A DNA stretch of 63,373 nucleotides, the filler included. It is 4 parts of 4 records of this genome, joined end to end, with 100 filler letters (N's around TTAATTAATTAA, not from the genome) between each part and the next. Parts side by side here need not be neighbours in the genome. Positions count along the whole stretch, not along the records: positions 58,082 to 63,373 come from DRR723986_25049; 3 more parts are not named here. One strand, 5' to 3'. The number at the start of each line of letters is the position of its first letter. Position 1 is the stretch's first letter. The position numbers and the translations under genes were made by a program. The notes under the pieces were generated by a model that saw only the letters and a list, made by a program, of their open reading frames with translations, made no database searches and was not told where the DNA came from. Positions 59,917-63,373 of the stretch are shown in pieces.

Positions 59917-60824
59917 GAGGCGTCCTCCACCATCCAGGCGCACAACTGGCCGAATGTCATACCAAGTTCACCGGCCTGTTCAGGCACCAGCGAGGTTGGG
60001 GTCATGCCGGGTTGTGTGTTTGTTTCAAGCAGATACAGACCCGCCGCGCCGCGGGCTTCATCCCAGCGAAAATCGGTCCGGCTGGCACCGCGACATCCCA
60101 GCACCTGATGGGCGCGCAGGGCGTAATCAAGGCAGAGGTCAAAGATATCCTGCGGGATGTTGGCCGGGATTTCGTGACGCGATCCGCCGGGGGCATATTT
60201 CGCCTCGTAATCATACCAGCCGTCTACGAAAATCTCGGTCACGGACACGGGTTTGTCGCCCACCACCGTGGTGGTCAATTCGCGGCCCGGCACATAGGTT
60301 TCCACCATCACCTCGGCGGGCATGTGCGGTTCCAGCTTGGGCGGACCATTGGCGGCCTCGTGTACGATATAGATCCCGACCGAGGAGCCTTCGCTGTTTG
60401 GTTTCACCACATAGGGTGGGTCCAGAACATGGCCTTCTTCGACCAGATGTTTTTCGACAATCACACTGTCGGCAACCGGCAGGCCCGCGGCGCGAAACAC
60501 TTCTTTAGAGCGCTGTTTGTCCATCGCCAGCGCAGAGGCCAAAACACCAGAATGGGTATAGGGCAGGCCCAGCCATTCCAGCATGCCCTGCACACAGCCG
60601 TCTTCACCCCAACGCCCATGCAGCGCGTTGAACACAACGTCCGGTTTGATTTCCTGTAGTCGGGCATAAAGATCTGGTCCAGCATCCAGCTCGACCACTT
60701 CAAACCCTTCTCCCCGCAAAGCGGCTGCGCATTCACGCCCACTGGACAGAGAAACCTCGCGTTCAGCAGAGGGTCCGCCCATTAAAACCGCCACTTTTGG
60801 GGGTGTCTCGCTCGACTGACCCAC
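59904..60824 (-). CDS. ddl: D-alanine-D-alanine ligase
   Basis: MGGPSAEREVSL, HGRWGEDG, SALAMDK, ETNTQPGMT. Confidence 0.96.
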   Translation of the reverse strand: MGQSSETPPKVAVLMGGPSAEREVSLSSGRECAAALRGEGFEVVELDAGPDLYARLQEIKPDVVFNALHGRWGEDGCVQGMLEWLGLPYTHSGVLASALAMDKQRSKEVFRAAGLPVADSVIVEKHLVEEGHVLDPPYVVKPNSEGSSVGIYIVHEAANGPPKLEPHMPAEVMVETYVPGRELTTTVVGDKPVSVTEIFVDGWYDYEAKYAPGGSRHEIPANIPQDIFDLCLDYALRAHQVLGCRGASRTDFRWDEARGAAGLYLLETNTQPGMTPTSLVPEQAGELGMTFGQLCAWMVEDASCHR

Positions 60825-60931
60825 GACAAGTGCCTCAATGTCCCCGGGCCTTATTTTGCTGACCCGTCTGGTTTATTTTCCCTCATACCGCGCCCTGAAA
60901 ATCGTGCCTGATGGGTTTTGCGGTTGGGGTA

Positions 60932-61855
60932 TTATTTGGTTTGCGGATCACCGACCCGCATGATTTCCCACTCTAGCTTGATCCCGCTGGAATCGTAAAC
61001 CTTTTTTCGCACCTCTTCGCCGAGCTGTTCCAGATCTGCAGCAGTTGCATTGCCAGTATTGATCATGAAGTTGGAGTGCTTTTCGCTCATCTGTGCGCCG
61101 CCCTTACGTGCGCCGCGCAGACCTGCATCGTCGATCACCTTCCACGCCTTGAGGTCGTGCACGTCATCCGCGTGTCCCGTTGACGAGAACCCGGCTGGGT
61201 TGCGGAACGTTGATCCGGCGCTGCGGTCTTTGGTCGGCTGGGTGTCATTTCGCTTTTGCAGCTGCGCCTCCATCCGGGCGTGCAGCGCTTGCGGGTCACC
61301 TGCTGGGGCTTTGAACGTGGCCGAGACCAAGACCGCGCCTTCGGGAAACTCAGTTTGGCGGTATTGGAAGGACAGATCGTCAGGGCCGAGGGTGCGCAAA
61401 TCGCCGTCGCGTGTGACGATTGTCGCCGTCTGGAACACATCAGCGGTGTAGAGCCCATAGCAGCCTGCATTCATCCGCACCGCGCCCCCAATCGAGCCGG
61501 GGATGGTGCGTAGGAATGTCAGGTCTAGCCCCGCATCTGCAGCTTTGCGCGCCACATGGGCATCCAACGCCGCCGCGCCTGCGGTGACGGTATCGCCCTC
61601 CACTTCGATCCCGTTGAAGCCGCGCCCCAATCGGATCACCACGGCGCGCAAGCCCCCGTCGCGCACGATCAGGTTAGAGCCGACGCCCATCGGGAATATG
61701 TCGATGTCTTTGGGCAGTTCGCGTAGGAACGTTTGCAAGTCTTCGACGTCTACGGGTTGGAACAGATAGTCCGCCGGGCCGCCTACACGCATCCATGTCA
61801 GATCTGACAGATCCCGGTTTGGGGTCAGTTTTCCGCGCACCACTGGCAGGTTCAT
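60932..61855 (-). CDS. murB: UDP-N-acetylmuramate dehydrogenase
   Basis: [40 protein letters not shown]. Confidence 0.96.
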   Translation of the reverse strand: MNLPVVRGKLTPNRDLSDLTWMRVGGPADYLFQPVDVEDLQTFLRELPKDIDIFPMGVGSNLIVRDGGLRAVVIRLGRGFNGIEVEGDTVTAGAAALDAHVARKAADAGLDLTFLRTIPGSIGGAVRMNAGCYGLYTADVFQTATIVTRDGDLRTLGPDDLSFQYRQTEFPEGAVLVSATFKAPAGDPQALHARMEAQLQKRNDTQPTKDRSAGSTFRNPAGFSSTGHADDVHDLKAWKVIDDAGLRGARKGGAQMSEKHSNFMINTGNATAADLEQLGEEVRKKVYDSSGIKLEWEIMRVGDPQTK

Positions 61856-61933
61856 GATTGAGTTCTCCGCTTGCCGAGCCAATTGCGTGCCCGGAAATCA
61901 TAATTCCGGCACTGGATCAAGCGTCGCCCGCCG

Positions 61934-62179
61934 TCACAAGAACCGCTTGCGCAGCCATCGACCCAGATAGATCACCGGCCAGCGCAAGATCCACATGCCT
62001 GCGAGCAACACCACAAGCCCGACCCATGGGCCGTTTTCATAGGTGACATATCCCACCAGAGGAATGCCAATCGCGATCAGCACATAGGCGCGACGCCAAT
62101 GATTGTCTTTGCTGGGCGTCATTGCCAAGACATTGGCCACCACAGCCCAAACACAAGCAAGGATCAGCGAGAGGGTCAC
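61934..62179 (-). CDS. DUF2484 family membrane protein
   Basis: GTG 62179: TLSLILACVWAVVANVLAMTPSKDNHW...LRWP. Confidence 0.8.
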   Translation of the reverse strand: MTLSLILACVWAVVANVLAMTPSKDNHWRRAYVLIAIGIPLVGYVTYENGPWVGLVVLLAGMWILRWPVIYLGRWLRKRFL

Positions 62180-62448
62180 AGGTCGGCCTCGTCCCCAGCA
62201 AAATCTGGGGTGCCCCGGCCCGTCCATTTGCGCGCATAATAGCGCAACGGATTGCGGAACATCGACACAAAGGCAACAAACGCGCCGATCCCGACAACCC
62301 ATCCGAATTGATAGCCCAGCATCCCGATCAGCACCGGGGCCAGCGCCAACAGGATACTGCCCGGCAGAAATTGGTGCCGCATCGGCAGCATTGCCACACA
62401 GGTTGCAGCCAAAACCCACAAGGAAGCCAGGAGGATGGCCAGATTCAT
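62176..62448 (-). CDS. DUF2484 family membrane protein
   Basis: LWVLAATCVAMLPMRHQ..PG...SMFRNPL. Confidence 0.8.
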   Translation of the reverse strand: MNLAILLASLWVLAATCVAMLPMRHQFLPGSILLALAPVLIGMLGYQFGWVVGIGAFVAFVSMFRNPLRYYARKWTGRGTPDFAGDEADL

Positions 62449-62452
62449 GCGG

Positions 62453-63373
62453 TTAGTCCTTTAGACGTGCAGGCAGGGCATTGGCCCAAGCGCTGATGGT
62501 ACCGGCGCCGAGGCAGACAACCATGTCGCCCGGTTGCGCCTGTTCGCGCACCAGTTTTTCAAGGTCATCCTCGGTCATCAGCGCGCTGGCCTGACGGTGG
62601 CCGTGGCGGATCAAACCGGCGACCAGAGCATCGCGGTCTGCGCCCTCGATATGGTCCTCGCCTGCGGCGAACACCTCGGCGATGGCGACCACATCTGCCT
62701 CGTTAAAGCAGGCGCAGAAATCTTCGAACAGGTTGGACAGGCGCGAATAGCGGTGCGGTTGGTGCACGGCAATGACGCGCCCTTCGGTGGCTTGGCGCGC
62801 GGCCTTGAGCACGGCGGCGATTTCAACCGGGTGATGGCCATAGTCATCAATGATGGTCACACCGTTGATTTCACCGACTTTGGTAAAGCGGCGGTTGACG
62901 CCGCCAAAGTTTGCCAGCGCTTCGCGGATTTCATCGGCCTTCATACCCAGATGACGGGCGACGGCCACGGCTGACAGAGCGTTCGAGACGTTGTGATCAC
63001 CGGGCATCGGCAGGGTGCAACCTTCGATCACCAGATCTTCGTGATGCAGGTGAATGTCGAAATGCGCGACGCCCTTCTTATAGGTCAGGTTCACGGCCCG
63101 AACGTCGGCCTGTGCATTGAACCCATAGGTGCGCACGCGACGGTCCGAAATCCGCCCGACCAGAGCCTGCACTTCGGCGTGGTCCGTGCAGCAAACGGCC
63201 AGACCGTAGAACGGCAGGTTCGACACGAATTCATAGAACCCTTCGCGCAGTTTGTCGAAATCGCCCCAGTGTTCCATGTGTTCGGGGTCGATATTGGTGA
63301 CGATGGCGATGGTCGCCGGCAAGCGGTTGAACGAGCCGTCGGATTCATCGGCCTCGACCACCATCCATTCGCC
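62453..63373 (-). CDS. murC: UDP-N-acetylmuramate-L-alanine ligase, 5' truncated
   Basis: [42 protein letters not shown]. Confidence 0.96.
   Translation of the reverse strand, partial: GEWMVVEADESDGSFNRLPATIAIVTNIDPEHMEHWGDFDKLREGFYEFVSNLPFYGLAVCCTDHAEVQALVGRISDRRVRTYGFNAQADVRAVNLTYKKGVAHFDIHLHHEDLVIEGCTLPMPGDHNVSNALSAVAVARHLGMKADEIREALANFGGVNRRFTKVGEINGVTIIDDYGHHPVEIAAVLKAARQATEGRVIAVHQPHRYSRLSNLFEDFCACFNEADVVAIAEVFAAGEDHIEGADRDALVAGLIRHGHRQASALMTEDDLEKLVREQAQPGDMVVCLGAGTISAWANALPARLKD

Overview
The window joins four unrelated bacterial contigs with 100-nt artificial linkers (N44-TTAATTAATTAA-N44 at 30936-31035, 47837-47936 and 57982-58081). Contig 1 (1-30935) is AT-rich Bacteroidota/Flavobacteriales-like DNA. 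It carries yiaA, tRNA-Gln(TTG), a DUF2723 glycosyltransferase operon, a TonB/ECF-sigma/anti-sigma/OM-barrel module, atoE, rsmI, a glutaminyl cyclase, pheS, gldH, a PSP1/RicT gene, an LRR gene and holB. Contig 2 (31036-47836) is Planctomycetota-like: histidine kinase, LysM L,D-transpeptidase, fhcD/fhcC, arfB, an NRAMP-like transporter, LpoB-like plus COG3014 lipoproteins, a toxin-antitoxin-like pair and a TPR gene. Contig 3 (47937-57981) is mid-GC, possibly FCB group: LolC/E-like permease, LMW-PTP, fructosamine kinase, BadF-type kinase, DUF3108, S41 protease, rluB, DUF3299 and a His-repeat ABC permease. Contig 4 (58082-63373) is a Rhodobacteraceae dcw fragment (murC-DUF2484x2-murB-ddl-ftsQ-ftsA). 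Most content is housekeeping. I saw no CRISPR array, integrase or transposase. The most notable signals are: three exact TGTAAC-N17-CGTCC promoters defining an ECF module; tRNA-Gln surrounded by direct and inverted copies of its own ends; nested direct repeats beside an uncharacterised TPR-like gene; an (HDHSG)n tract in an ABC permease; a 153-nt in-frame ftsQ segment bounded by 7-nt repeats; and an orphan hairpin sRNA candidate. All product and taxonomy calls come from motif recognition by eye, not database searches.
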